Shown in pieces: positions 36,377 through 45,333 of a DNA stretch of 64,000 bases. The stretch's first letter is position 1; each line of letters starts with the position of its first letter. Location: the IMG/VR virus record IMGVR_UViG_2918493637_000007. The stretch is one strand, 5' to 3'. The position numbers were made by a program, and so were the translations under genes. The DNA is from a virus. Below the pieces are notes generated by a model. The model was not told the origin of the DNA. It made no database searches and saw nothing but the letters and a program-made list of their open reading frames with translations.

Positions 36377-36823
36377 CTAGTCCGTGACGGTGAGGGTGAG
36401 GGCGGCCGGCAGCACCGGGAACGCCTCGAACAGGATCGCGTAGGTGCCGGGCACGGTGAACCCGATCTTCAGGTCGCCGCCTTCGTGCTCGTGCGTGCCC
36501 GAGACCGGGCCGGCGAATGTGATGGTGCAGGCCGGAACATCCGGGAGCGTCGCCTCCTCGCCGGCCGGCAGGATCGGGCGGTCGAAGCGGCCCTCGAACT
36601 CCGGGCGGTCCTGGATCACTGGCTTGGCGCCCGAGAGATCCACGTAGCGTCGGGAGGTGAACGTCTGCATGCACCAGCCGCCGTCCCCGAACAGGATGCG
36701 GATGCCACGCTCCTGCTCGTCCTCGGTGAAGCCGACCCCCTGAAAGCGGTAGCCGACGATGCGCCCGGTCTCGTCGTAGGGCACGGCCTCGGCCGGCGTG
36801 ATGTAGTCGCGCTTCTCGGTCAT
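36377..36823 (-). CDS. Tail-associated protein
   Basis: VDLSGAKPVIQDRP...GEEATLPDVP. Confidence 0.7.
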   Translation of the reverse strand: MTEKRDYITPAEAVPYDETGRIVGYRFQGVGFTEDEQERGIRILFGDGGWCMQTFTSRRYVDLSGAKPVIQDRPEFEGRFDRPILPAGEEATLPDVPACTITFAGPVSGTHEHEGGDLKIGFTVPGTYAILFEAFPVLPAALTLTVTD

Positions 36824-39800
36824 CGTGCAAGCTCCGTGACTGAAAGATAGACGTCGCCAACATTCGGCTCGCCGTTACTGTCGGTGACGCGCAGAATGAG
36901 GTTGCCGATCTGCTTGGGCTCCCAGGAAAACACCAGCACAGTCGGCGTCATGAACTGGAAGCTTCCGCCCGCTGAGACGGAGTAGAGGTAGGAAAAGCTG
37001 TTCACGACGCCCCGCAGGACCGTCCAGGTCTGGCCGCCGTCGGCCGAGTAATCGACCGTCAGCGCTCCGGTCGACGCGTTCTGCGGGTGCGGGGTGCCGC
37101 CATCGCCCTTCCGGTAGGCGAGGATCTGGAAGATGCTGGTCAGCTCGCGGGCGGCGATGGGCACCGACGTGACCTTGCCCGGGTCTGCGTTCGCGACGGT
37201 CTGGGAGACCGCCTTGCCGGCGATCTTGACCGTATCGACCTGAAGATCGCCGATCTTGGCGTTGGTGATCGCCGCGTTCCCGATCTGAGCCGACTGGATC
37301 GAGGCGTCCTTGATCGAGGCACCGTCGATGGTCGCCTTACGGATGTAGCTGCCGTCCAGCGAGGTCTCGTCGTCGGTGATCTTCAGGACGGCCTGGCCGT
37401 TCTTGTCCCGGACCTCCATGCCGAAGATCTCGGTCTTGCCGTCGCCCTCGAAGACGCCGACGTTGCCGATGGAGACCTGCTCGACCCCGTTGTTGGCGAC
37501 GATCCGCATGAGCTTGTTGCGGGCGTCGAGCTGGAAGTTGGCCGAGCCGAGGAAGATCAGGTCCGCGGTGATGGTGCCGGCGCCGAGCTTGTCGGCCGTC
37601 ACCTCGCCCGCGGCGATCTTCTCGGCCGTGATCGCCCCAGCCGCGATGTGCGACGCCTGGATGGCACCCGCCTTGATCTGGTCGGCCGTGATCGAGCCCG
37701 TGTTGATGCGCGAGCCGTCGATGATCGTGCCGCCGTAGATCGGGTTGAGGCCGGCGAAGCCGTCATAGGAGCACAGGAGCACAGCATCTGGGTCTGCCAG
37801 GATGGCCGCATAGTTCTCCAGCCCGGCCTGGACCACGCCCTGCTGGGCCCGGCTCCACCAGGCGAAGGCGTGCTTGCCGCCCGTGGCGATGCTGCCCGAG
37901 GCCACGGCCGCGGCGACCGCATGGCCGTCGTCGCCCGTGAACAGGATCGTGCCGGCGCTCCAGGAGAGCGTGGCGTCCTCCTTGTCGGCCGAGAAGTCGA
38001 GCCCGACCGTCTGGAGCCCGCGCGCGCCGATCTTCAGGGTGTTGGCGGCGATCGAGTTGGCCGCGATGTGGCCGCCGTCGATCTGCGTCGCGTCCGGGCC
38101 GCCGAGCCACGAGGCGAGCGAGACCTCGCCGCCGATGCGGATCCGGTCGGCCTGGATCGAGCCGGCCTTGATGTTGTCGCCCGTGATGGTCCCGGCGGCG
38201 ATGCGGTCGCCGGTGATCGTCCCGCCCTTGATCTGGTCCGCGGTGATCGTGCCGGCGACGATGCGGTCGGCCGACAGCGAGTTGGTGGCGATCGAGCCGC
38301 CGTCGATCACGGTCGAGGCGTTGGCGACCCACGGGGCGAACGCGGTCTGGTTCGCCAGCGCCTTGCCCAGGTAGAGGCCCGTCCAAGCGACCTGCGGAGC
38401 GGCCTGTCCGATCCAGATCGCGCGCTGCACCGGCACCACGAAGGCGGCGCCGGCCGGCGCGGTCCCGAACACGCCCACGCGCGCCATCGTCTCCAGCGGA
38501 CCGACACCAGGGGCGGCCGCATGCACGTCGCCCGAGGCGGCGGCGAGCGGCTGGCGCGAGGCGTCGAGGAACAGGAGGATGACCTGCGCCTGCGCGCGGG
38601 TGATCGAGGCGTAGACCGACAGCTCGTAGCGCTGGCCGGGCGCGACCGGGTAGGCTTCGTCCCAGCCGGCCGGGAGCCGGCGCTCCAGCACCAGGTCCGC
38701 GTAGGCGCCGGCAGCCGGCGTGTCGGCGCGCGCGACCAGCGCGGCACCCATCCCGGGCGGGGCGAAGGTGGTCGAGGCGGTGATCGCCGGGGCCACGCCG
38801 TCGGAGGCGCCGTGCAGCGCGAAGCCCGAGACGCCGCCCAGGAAGTCGGCGTTGAACAGCAGGTTGCCCGAGGACAGCCCGACGGCGATCTTGTCGGCCG
38901 TGATCGCGCCCGCGGCCAGGGCCTCGGCCTTGATGGCGCCGGCGGCGATCAGCCCGGCCGTGATCGAGTTCGCGACCAGGCGGTCGGCGTCGATCGAGTT
39001 GGCGGCCATCTTCTCGGTCGAGATGGCGCCGTCCTCGATCTGCGTGCCCTTGATCTGCCCGACGATGCCGCCTGCCGTGGTGTTGCCCACGACCGGCTCC
39101 CATTTGCCGTCCTCGATCTGGTAGAGCTTGCCGTCGGTCTTGAGCAGCAGCACGAGCGGGCCGTCGTAGTCGGCGAGCGCCGGCAGCGTGTCGACCACGC
39201 CGATCGCCGTCAGCCCGTCGGCGAACGAGGTCTGGTCCAGGATCTGGCCGGCGATCTGCTCCTTGGTGATGACCGGCGAGACCGCCTGCACCGGGCCAGC
39301 GAACACCTCGCTCTGGGTGCCGGACGTGTTGACCGTGCGCGCCCAGTAGAAGCGCGTCTGGCCGGCCGGCAGCGTCTTGTCGATGAAGGTCTGCGCGCCC
39401 GCGACGGCGCGCCCCAGCGACGCGCGCTGCGCATTCTGGGCAGCAGCCGCGAACAGCTCGACATACGCAAGATCGGCCTGGGCCGGGTCGACCCAGCTCA
39501 GCACGGCCGTCTCGAAGGCGGCGACGACCGCGAGGCCCGTGACCGGGTCCGGGGCGGTCTCGTTCACCGCGGCGACGATCGCGACCGGGTCCGACCAGGT
39601 GCCGACCGTGTCCGAGCCGTTGTAGGCCCGCACCCGCACCGCGTAGGTCTGCCCGGGCGCCAGGCCGTGCCGCTCCCAGGCCGGGTCGGTGACGCGCTCG
39701 CGCACCCAGGTGCCGCCCTCGACCGCGACCTCGACCTCGTAGCCCGCGAGGTTCTCGGACCCGCTCTTGTCCCAGCTCGCGCGCACCACGGCCGTCAGGG

Positions 39801-42714
39801 TGCCGTCGATCGCGGTCTCGGCCGCGGTCTCGAGCTTCAGCCCCGTCGGCGCGCCCGGCACGTCGGTGTCGATGATCCGGTTCGACACCCACACCTTCTG
39901 CTCGGGGCCGACGTTCAGGCCCTGCTTGCCGAACTGGTCGTAGGCGGCGACCCGGACGAAGTAGAAGGTCTCGGGCGTCACCTTGAACGAGACGAGGGTG
40001 GAGTTGCCGTCGTAGGCCGGCTTGGTCGCCGCGGGGTCGAAGCCCGAGGCCTGCTCGAGCCACACGAGCACGCCCGCGAAGTCCGGGTCGGCCGGCCGGT
40101 CGAAGGACACGAATAGGCTCTCGGTCGTCGTGGTGATCGAGGGCGAGATCACGTCCGGGGCGGCGTTCTCGCACACGAGCGTGGCCGGCGCGCTCTCGCG
40201 GCCGAGCACGTCCCGGGCCCGGACCTGGACCCAGAACTTGCGGCGCGGGCCGCCGTCGGCCGCGTTGGCGTCGAGGCCGTAGGTGAAGGTGGCGCCGGGC
40301 GCGACCCAGTCGGACACGAGCTCCTGCGTGTCGACGTCGAGGATGCGCACCACGAAGTCGATCGCGTAGGGGATCACGGCGTCCGGCCAGGTGACGTCCC
40401 AGTCGAGCACCAGGTCCTTGCCGGCGAAGGCGCCGTCGCCGGCGTCCTGCCCGCGCACGCGCAGGTTCGCGACGGCCGGCCCGGGCTGGCCTTCCCAGCC
40501 CGCGACCGTGAAGGCGAGCGAGGCCGGCGCCGAGCGCTTCCCCTGGCCCTGGCCGGTCACGGAGGCCGTCCAGTCGCCAGCCTTGAGGTCGGGCAGCGTG
40601 ATCGAGGGGTTCGAGGTGACGCCCATGTCGACGTCGCCGTCCGGGCCGGACAGGAGCACGCTGTAGGCGTTGCTCATCCAGTCGGAGGCCGGCGTCCAGG
40701 ACAGGAGCACCTCGATGTGCGGCAGGCCGTCCCGGAACGTCTGGGTCTCGGTCGCCTTCAGGTTCACCGGCGGCAGGATCTTGGTCGACGGCCGCACGTA
40801 GCTCGGCGGCGCGAGGAAGACGTTCTGCTCGATGCGGGCATACTTCGTCGGGTCGTGGAACAGGGCCGCGACCTTGAAGGTGTTCTTCTTCGGCTCCGTG
40901 ACCGAGAGCACGCGATACTGGCGCGGGGCCACATCCGTGCTCGAGATCGCCCACATGGCGCCGGGCGCGATCTCGCCCTCGAGCTCGGCGTCGAGGACGG
41001 CCGTGACGTTGCCCTGCTCCCAGCCGATCACACCCCGGGTCTCGATGACGCCGGCCTTGTTCACCACCGAGATCTTGTAGGTGGCCGTGGCCGTCGGCTC
41101 GAAGGCCTTGTCGAGGTTCAGCCGCGAGGGCGAGTGCGAGATCACTCGGCCGCCGATGCGGGTCTGAGCCTTGCGCGGATCGGCGATGGCCACGATGTGC
41201 CCGGGCCGCAGCGGGTCGGCCGCGAGCGCGTCGAGACCCATCTCGAACTCGACGCTCTCGGTGGCCGTGTAGTCGGTGTCGAGCGTCCAGGCGCCGATCC
41301 GGTGCGCGAGCCCGCGCGAGGTGCAGCCGACCGCCTGGATGTCGGTCTGGCGCCAGCCGAACTTGTCCAGGCCCTCGTCGTGCTGCACGACCTCGATGGC
41401 GTTCCGGTAGAAGTCCTCCGGGTCGTTCCACGAGACCATCGCGACCGTGTTGCGGGTCTTCTTGGCCGTGCGGGAATACTTGAACTGGCCGCCGATCACG
41501 TTGGCCGGGGCGAGCAGCTTCACCGGGTCGGCCGGCTTGTCGGCGACCGCGAACACCTGGCCGACCGACCAGAAGGCCATGCCGCGGAAGGCCGCGGTGA
41601 TCTGCTGGAGGACCTTGTAGGCCTCGTCGCGCGAGTTGATGACGCCGTTGAAGGTGTAGCGCGGCTCCTGCCCACCCTTGCCGTCGGCGACCAGCTCGTC
41701 GCAGTAGCCGGCGATCTCGTAGAGGCCGAACTTGTCGATCTTGGTCTCGTCGATGAACTCGCCGAGGCCGTAGCGGTCGTTGGTCAGCAGGTCGTAGAAG
41801 ATCCACGCCGGGTTGTTGGTCCAGGCGCGCTTGAAGGTGCCGTCCCAGAAGCCCGTGTAGGTCCGGGCCTCGGGGTCGTAGTTCGAGGGCACCTGGATGA
41901 TGAGGCCCTTCACGTCGTAGTAGCGCGAGGGGATCGAGCCGCCGAACTGCTGGGCGTCGAGCTCGAGGGCCACGAGTGCCGTGTGGGGATAGGTGAACTG
42001 CCCCTCGACGATCGTCGTGTAGCTCTCCCAGATCAGGCCGGCCTGCATGTAGTCGACGGTCGGATCCGGGCTCTCCCGGCGCACGCGCAGGCTGTAGGGG
42101 TGGCCGCCCGGCGGCAGGCTGACGACGCTCGCGCGCTCGTAGGGCGAGGTGGTCTTCTGCTGGAGCAGCAGCTCGCGGTGGACCTCGGTCCACTGGCCGC
42201 CGTTCGGGCGGATCTCGATCATGTAGTCGAGGTCGTTCGGCAGCAGGGAGCCGTTCTTCGGGTTCTGCACCACGAGGGTCGGGATCTGGCAGACGACGCG
42301 CACCGAGGTCGCGTTCTCGTCGGCGATCGTCCGGACCGGCGGCTCCTGGGACTTCTTGATCTCGACGCCGACCGAGTAGGTGGTCTCGGACGAGGCCATG
42401 CCGATCAGCGGCGGCTGCTCGGGCTCGCCGTGCCGCTCCTGCCAGGTCACGCCCACGAAGTTGAAGGTGCCGTCGGCGTTCTGGAGCGAGGTCTGGTCGA
42501 AGAAGATCGACTGCGCGCCGTTGACCAGGCCGACGATCTCGCCCTCGCCCAGCACCTCGACGAGGCGCGCCTTGGCGTCCGAGCGCAGCGTGTTCGAGGC
42601 GTCCGACTTGCCCGCGCTCGAGCCGCCGAGCTTCGCCGAGCTGCCGCCGCCCGAGCCGCTCACGTCAGCGCTGACTGACTCCAGCGCGCGCAGGTCCTCG
42701 ATCATCGCGTCCAT
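36820..42714 (-). CDS. Tail tip / host-specificity protein J (with Fn3-like domains and ITADKI repeats)
   Basis: GEGEIVGL, WTNNPAWIFYDLL, RYTFNG, GCTSRGLAHR, lambda J-like; 1964 aa. Confidence 0.93.
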   Translation of the reverse strand: MDAMIEDLRALESVSADVSGSGGGSSAKLGGSSAGKSDASNTLRSDAKARLVEVLGEGEIVGLVNGAQSIFFDQTSLQNADGTFNFVGVTWQERHGEPEQPPLIGMASSETTYSVGVEIKKSQEPPVRTIADENATSVRVVCQIPTLVVQNPKNGSLLPNDLDYMIEIRPNGGQWTEVHRELLLQQKTTSPYERASVVSLPPGGHPYSLRVRRESPDPTVDYMQAGLIWESYTTIVEGQFTYPHTALVALELDAQQFGGSIPSRYYDVKGLIIQVPSNYDPEARTYTGFWDGTFKRAWTNNPAWIFYDLLTNDRYGLGEFIDETKIDKFGLYEIAGYCDELVADGKGGQEPRYTFNGVINSRDEAYKVLQQITAAFRGMAFWSVGQVFAVADKPADPVKLLAPANVIGGQFKYSRTAKKTRNTVAMVSWNDPEDFYRNAIEVVQHDEGLDKFGWRQTDIQAVGCTSRGLAHRIGAWTLDTDYTATESVEFEMGLDALAADPLRPGHIVAIADPRKAQTRIGGRVISHSPSRLNLDKAFEPTATATYKISVVNKAGVIETRGVIGWEQGNVTAVLDAELEGEIAPGAMWAISSTDVAPRQYRVLSVTEPKKNTFKVAALFHDPTKYARIEQNVFLAPPSYVRPSTKILPPVNLKATETQTFRDGLPHIEVLLSWTPASDWMSNAYSVLLSGPDGDVDMGVTSNPSITLPDLKAGDWTASVTGQGQGKRSAPASLAFTVAGWEGQPGPAVANLRVRGQDAGDGAFAGKDLVLDWDVTWPDAVIPYAIDFVVRILDVDTQELVSDWVAPGATFTYGLDANAADGGPRRKFWVQVRARDVLGRESAPATLVCENAAPDVISPSITTTTESLFVSFDRPADPDFAGVLVWLEQASGFDPAATKPAYDGNSTLVSFKVTPETFYFVRVAAYDQFGKQGLNVGPEQKVWVSNRIIDTDVPGAPTGLKLETAAETAIDGTLTAVVRASWDKSGSENLAGYEVEVAVEGGTWVRERVTDPAWERHGLAPGQTYAVRVRAYNGSDTVGTWSDPVAIVAAVNETAPDPVTGLAVVAAFETAVLSWVDPAQADLAYVELFAAAAQNAQRASLGRAVAGAQTFIDKTLPAGQTRFYWARTVNTSGTQSEVFAGPVQAVSPVITKEQIAGQILDQTSFADGLTAIGVVDTLPALADYDGPLVLLLKTDGKLYQIEDGKWEPVVGNTTAGGIVGQIKGTQIEDGAISTEKMAANSIDADRLVANSITAGLIAAGAIKAEALAAGAITADKIAVGLSSGNLLFNADFLGGVSGFALHGASDGVAPAITASTTFAPPGMGAALVARADTPAAGAYADLVLERRLPAGWDEAYPVAPGQRYELSVYASITRAQAQVILLFLDASRQPLAAASGDVHAAAPGVGPLETMARVGVFGTAPAGAAFVVPVQRAIWIGQAAPQVAWTGLYLGKALANQTAFAPWVANASTVIDGGSIATNSLSADRIVAGTITADQIKGGTITGDRIAAGTITGDNIKAGSIQADRIRIGGEVSLASWLGGPDATQIDGGHIAANSIAANTLKIGARGLQTVGLDFSADKEDATLSWSAGTILFTGDDGHAVAAAVASGSIATGGKHAFAWWSRAQQGVVQAGLENYAAILADPDAVLLCSYDGFAGLNPIYGGTIIDGSRINTGSITADQIKAGAIQASHIAAGAITAEKIAAGEVTADKLGAGTITADLIFLGSANFQLDARNKLMRIVANNGVEQVSIGNVGVFEGDGKTEIFGMEVRDKNGQAVLKITDDETSLDGSYIRKATIDGASIKDASIQSAQIGNAAITNAKIGDLQVDTVKIAGKAVSQTVANADPGKVTSVPIAARELTSIFQILAYRKGDGGTPHPQNASTGALTVDYSADGGQTWTVLRGVVNSFSYLYSVSAGGSFQFMTPTVLVFSWEPKQIGNLILRVTDSNGEPNVGDVYLSVTELAR

Positions 42715-43413
42715 TTAGAAGCCGCCCTTCGTGTCGCCCGTCGTCTGCCCGGTCTTGATCGAGGTCGTGACCGAGCCGTCCTCGTTGATCTTGGTCACGG
42801 TGCCGTCCGGGCTCGCGCCCATCGCGATGTCCTCGACGTCCAGCCCGGTCGAGGCCGCGATCGAGCCGCACATCACGCGGCCGTAGATGAGGGGCACGGC
42901 CGTGCCCTGCTCGGTGCCGTTCGTCGGCCCGGAGAAGGCGAAGCTGTCCTCCTTCTTGCCGGTGTCGGAGGACTCCTTCTTCGTCATCATCTGGGCCGCG
43001 CCCGAGACCGCGAGGCCGAGGCCCAGCACCGCGACCGAGCCCCACATGCCGCCCGAGGTCAGGCCGGCGAGCGGGGCGGCCAGCGTGCCGCCTGAGGCGA
43101 AGATCGCCACGCCGACCAGCGCGACGCCCAGGATGGCCTTGAGCGCGCCGCCCTTGGCGCGGCCGGCCGCGACCGGCACCAGGTGCAGGTCCGCCTGGCC
43201 GAGGCGCAGCGTGTTGATGTCCTCCTCGCCGAGCCGCAGCCCGGTCCGGCGCTCGCCGCGGATCACCTCGTAGGAGCCCTGCTTCAGGGCCTCGAGGAAG
43301 CCCTTCACCTGGACGCCGATCCCGCGGATGCACTCGCCGACCGTCGCGGCGTCGAGCCGGAACTCCGGGCCGAACTCGCGCTTCAGGCGGCCGTGCAGGA
43401 TGACCCTACGCAT
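42715..43413 (-). CDS. Tail assembly protein I
   Basis: MRRVILHGRLKREFG, HLVPVAAG, FAFSGPTNGTEQGTAVPLIYG. Confidence 0.88.
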   Translation of the reverse strand: MRRVILHGRLKREFGPEFRLDAATVGECIRGIGVQVKGFLEALKQGSYEVIRGERRTGLRLGEEDINTLRLGQADLHLVPVAAGRAKGGALKAILGVALVGVAIFASGGTLAAPLAGLTSGGMWGSVAVLGLGLAVSGAAQMMTKKESSDTGKKEDSFAFSGPTNGTEQGTAVPLIYGRVMCGSIAASTGLDVEDIAMGASPDGTVTKINEDGSVTTSIKTGQTTGDTKGGF

Positions 43414-44212
43414 GGGCGTTCTCCTTCAGGAGCGCGTCGAGGCGCTCGTGGCGCAGCCACTTCTCGACGGCGCGCAGCCAGATCCCGATGGGCTCGCGAC
43501 GCGACACCCGGGTCGGCAGGTGGTGGAGGATGAGGTTCGAGCCGAGGTAGACGCCGCCGTGGTTGAGCTGGGTCACGCCGGGCCCGAGCTTCACCAGGAA
43601 GCAGTCGCCCGGCATCACCTCGGAGACCGGGATCTCCCGGAAGCCGACGTCCGCGAACGCCGCGTAGAGGTCGCGGTGGTCCGCCTCGTAGGCCGGATCC
43701 CACCAGCCGTCGGCGCGGGCCTGGGCGCGCAAGCTGACCGGCGGCAGCGGCCACTCCTTGGTGACGTCCTGGGCAGCGAGCCCCTCGCGGCCGAGCGCGT
43801 AGGCGTGGCGCACGAGCTCGTAGCAGTCGGTGACGCCGTGCCGGAACGGCCGGCCGATCAGCGGGCCCTGGTCGACGCCCTCGCCCCAGATGATCGGGTC
43901 GGCGCAGTCCTTCCCGTCGGTGGCGAGGATCACCCACGGCAGGTCCGTGTCGATCTGGCCCTGCATGTCCGCCTCGCTGGGGAACAGCGGGCCGTTCGGG
44001 TGGCTATGGATAACGGCCTGGACGTCCTTGCCCTGCTCGCGCAGCCGCGCGAACACCTCGCCCGGGATGACGAAGTCGCGCTCCGGGTCGGCGGCGTAGT
44101 TCGGCACCGGCTTGTAGCGGCCGTTGACCAGGAGACCGCAGGCCTCCTTGGGGAAGTCGCGCAGCGCGTGGGCGCGCGCGGCCTTCAGCGCGGCGTTGGG
44201 CAGCTTGAACAT
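43406..44212 (-). CDS. Tail assembly protein K (JAB/MPN + NlpC/P60)
   Basis: ATG at 44212; FPKEACGL, VIHSHP...PSEAD, RPFRHGVTDCYELVR, NHGGVYLG..ILHH. Confidence 0.9.
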   Translation of the reverse strand: MFKLPNAALKAARAHALRDFPKEACGLLVNGRYKPVPNYAADPERDFVIPGEVFARLREQGKDVQAVIHSHPNGPLFPSEADMQGQIDTDLPWVILATDGKDCADPIIWGEGVDQGPLIGRPFRHGVTDCYELVRHAYALGREGLAAQDVTKEWPLPPVSLRAQARADGWWDPAYEADHRDLYAAFADVGFREIPVSEVMPGDCFLVKLGPGVTQLNHGGVYLGSNLILHHLPTRVSRREPIGIWLRAVEKWLRHERLDALLKENAHA

Positions 44213-44925
44213 CACTGGGTCCGCACGCGGGCCATGCCGGGGAACGACCAGGTCGGCAGCGCCGCGTTGGTGCCGAACCGGGCCTGGCAGTCGACCAGCC
44301 GGCGCCCGCACACGTCCTGGGCCGGGTCGGAGACCGGGTTGGCGTTGCGGTCGAAGCACGCGGAGCCCGTGTAGGGGCAGCTCGCCTTCTCGTAGGAGAA
44401 CGCCCCGTTCTTGAAGCGCCGGTAGCGGGCGGTGCAGGTGTCGCGCAGCATCTGCCGGCCGGGCAGCTTGCGGCCCTGCTGGTCGAACGAGGCCGACAGC
44501 TCGAACTCGATGTAGACGGGGTTCTCGTCGGTGAGCTGCTCGACCTCGAAGGTGTCCGGGCCGTAGAAGGCCGTCGGATCGGCCTGCGCGCCGCCGTCGA
44601 GGAACTGGGCGAAGGTGCGCACGCGCTGCACGGTGCAGCCGATCAGCTCGTCGCCCCAGGTGTTCACAAGGTGCTGGATCACCTCGTTGGAGTTGGCGAA
44701 GCGGATCTTGGGCTGGGGCAGCGAGCCCTGGCCGTTGGTCTCGTAGTCCGAGAAGTCGATGTCCACGGCCGTGTAGACGACGCCGCCGAACGAGACCTGC
44801 CCGTCCGGGTGCGCCGACTGCGTGAAGTAGTAGACCGGGCCGCCGATCGACGTCGTGTCCAGGCGGAACAGGTAGACCTGTTCGCCGGGGCTCAAGCTCT
44901 GAACGGTGGCGTGGATCGACGACAT
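44212..44925 (-). CDS. Minor tail protein L
   Basis: LFRLD, LPGRQMLRDTC...CPYTG...D.CGRRLVDC..RFG; Cys cluster typical of gpL. Confidence 0.88.
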   Translation of the reverse strand: MSSIHATVQSLSPGEQVYLFRLDTTSIGGPVYYFTQSAHPDGQVSFGGVVYTAVDIDFSDYETNGQGSLPQPKIRFANSNEVIQHLVNTWGDELIGCTVQRVRTFAQFLDGGAQADPTAFYGPDTFEVEQLTDENPVYIEFELSASFDQQGRKLPGRQMLRDTCTARYRRFKNGAFSYEKASCPYTGSACFDRNANPVSDPAQDVCGRRLVDCQARFGTNAALPTWSFPGMARVRTQ

Positions 44926-44947
44926 GGCTGCCCTTGGGTGAGCGGCC

Positions 44948-44976
44948 ATCATAAGTCAGCGCTGACTTATCGTCCA
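44948..44976 (-). promoter_or_regulatory. Sigma70-like promoter with the operator in its spacer (gene L)
   Basis: TGGACG-17nt-TATGAT enclosing the operator at 44953-44968. Confidence 0.6.
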
Positions 44977-44980
44977 GGGG

Positions 44981-45325
44981 TCAGACGAGGGTGAAGCACT
45001 GCCGGAAGGTGGCTTCCATCGTGTTGGGCGTGCCGCGCTTCCGGCTCCAGTCCTTGCAGGTCCACAGGATCGGGGCGTCGTCGTCGGACAGCGTGTAGTA
45101 GAACGGCTCGAAGCCGCCGCGCGCGACGAGGAACGCCTCGATCTCCTTGGCCTGGGCCGGGGTGAGGACCTCCCAGGAGAGGTCCACCACCTTGCGGATG
45201 TGGTTCATGCCGTCGCCGGCGACCTGCGTGTAGCCGTCGCCGAACTCGGCCTCGAGCAGCTTCAGCTCCGGCTTGTCGGTGCTCTCGGTCGGCGGATACG
45301 CCGGGGTGAAGGTCGGGACGGCCAT
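44981..45325 (-). CDS. Minor tail protein M (distal tail)
   Basis: ATG at 45325; AEFGDGYTQ...DGMN, FLVARGG.EPF, ATFRQ. Confidence 0.85.
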   Translation of the reverse strand: MAVPTFTPAYPPTESTDKPELKLLEAEFGDGYTQVAGDGMNHIRKVVDLSWEVLTPAQAKEIEAFLVARGGFEPFYYTLSDDDAPILWTCKDWSRKRGTPNTMEATFRQCFTLV

Positions 45326-45333
45326 GACGATCC

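Noticed and set aside
29745-42714. Diversity-generating retroelement or invertible fibre cassette
   Set aside because: No reverse transcriptase, TR/VR pair or invertase in the window.
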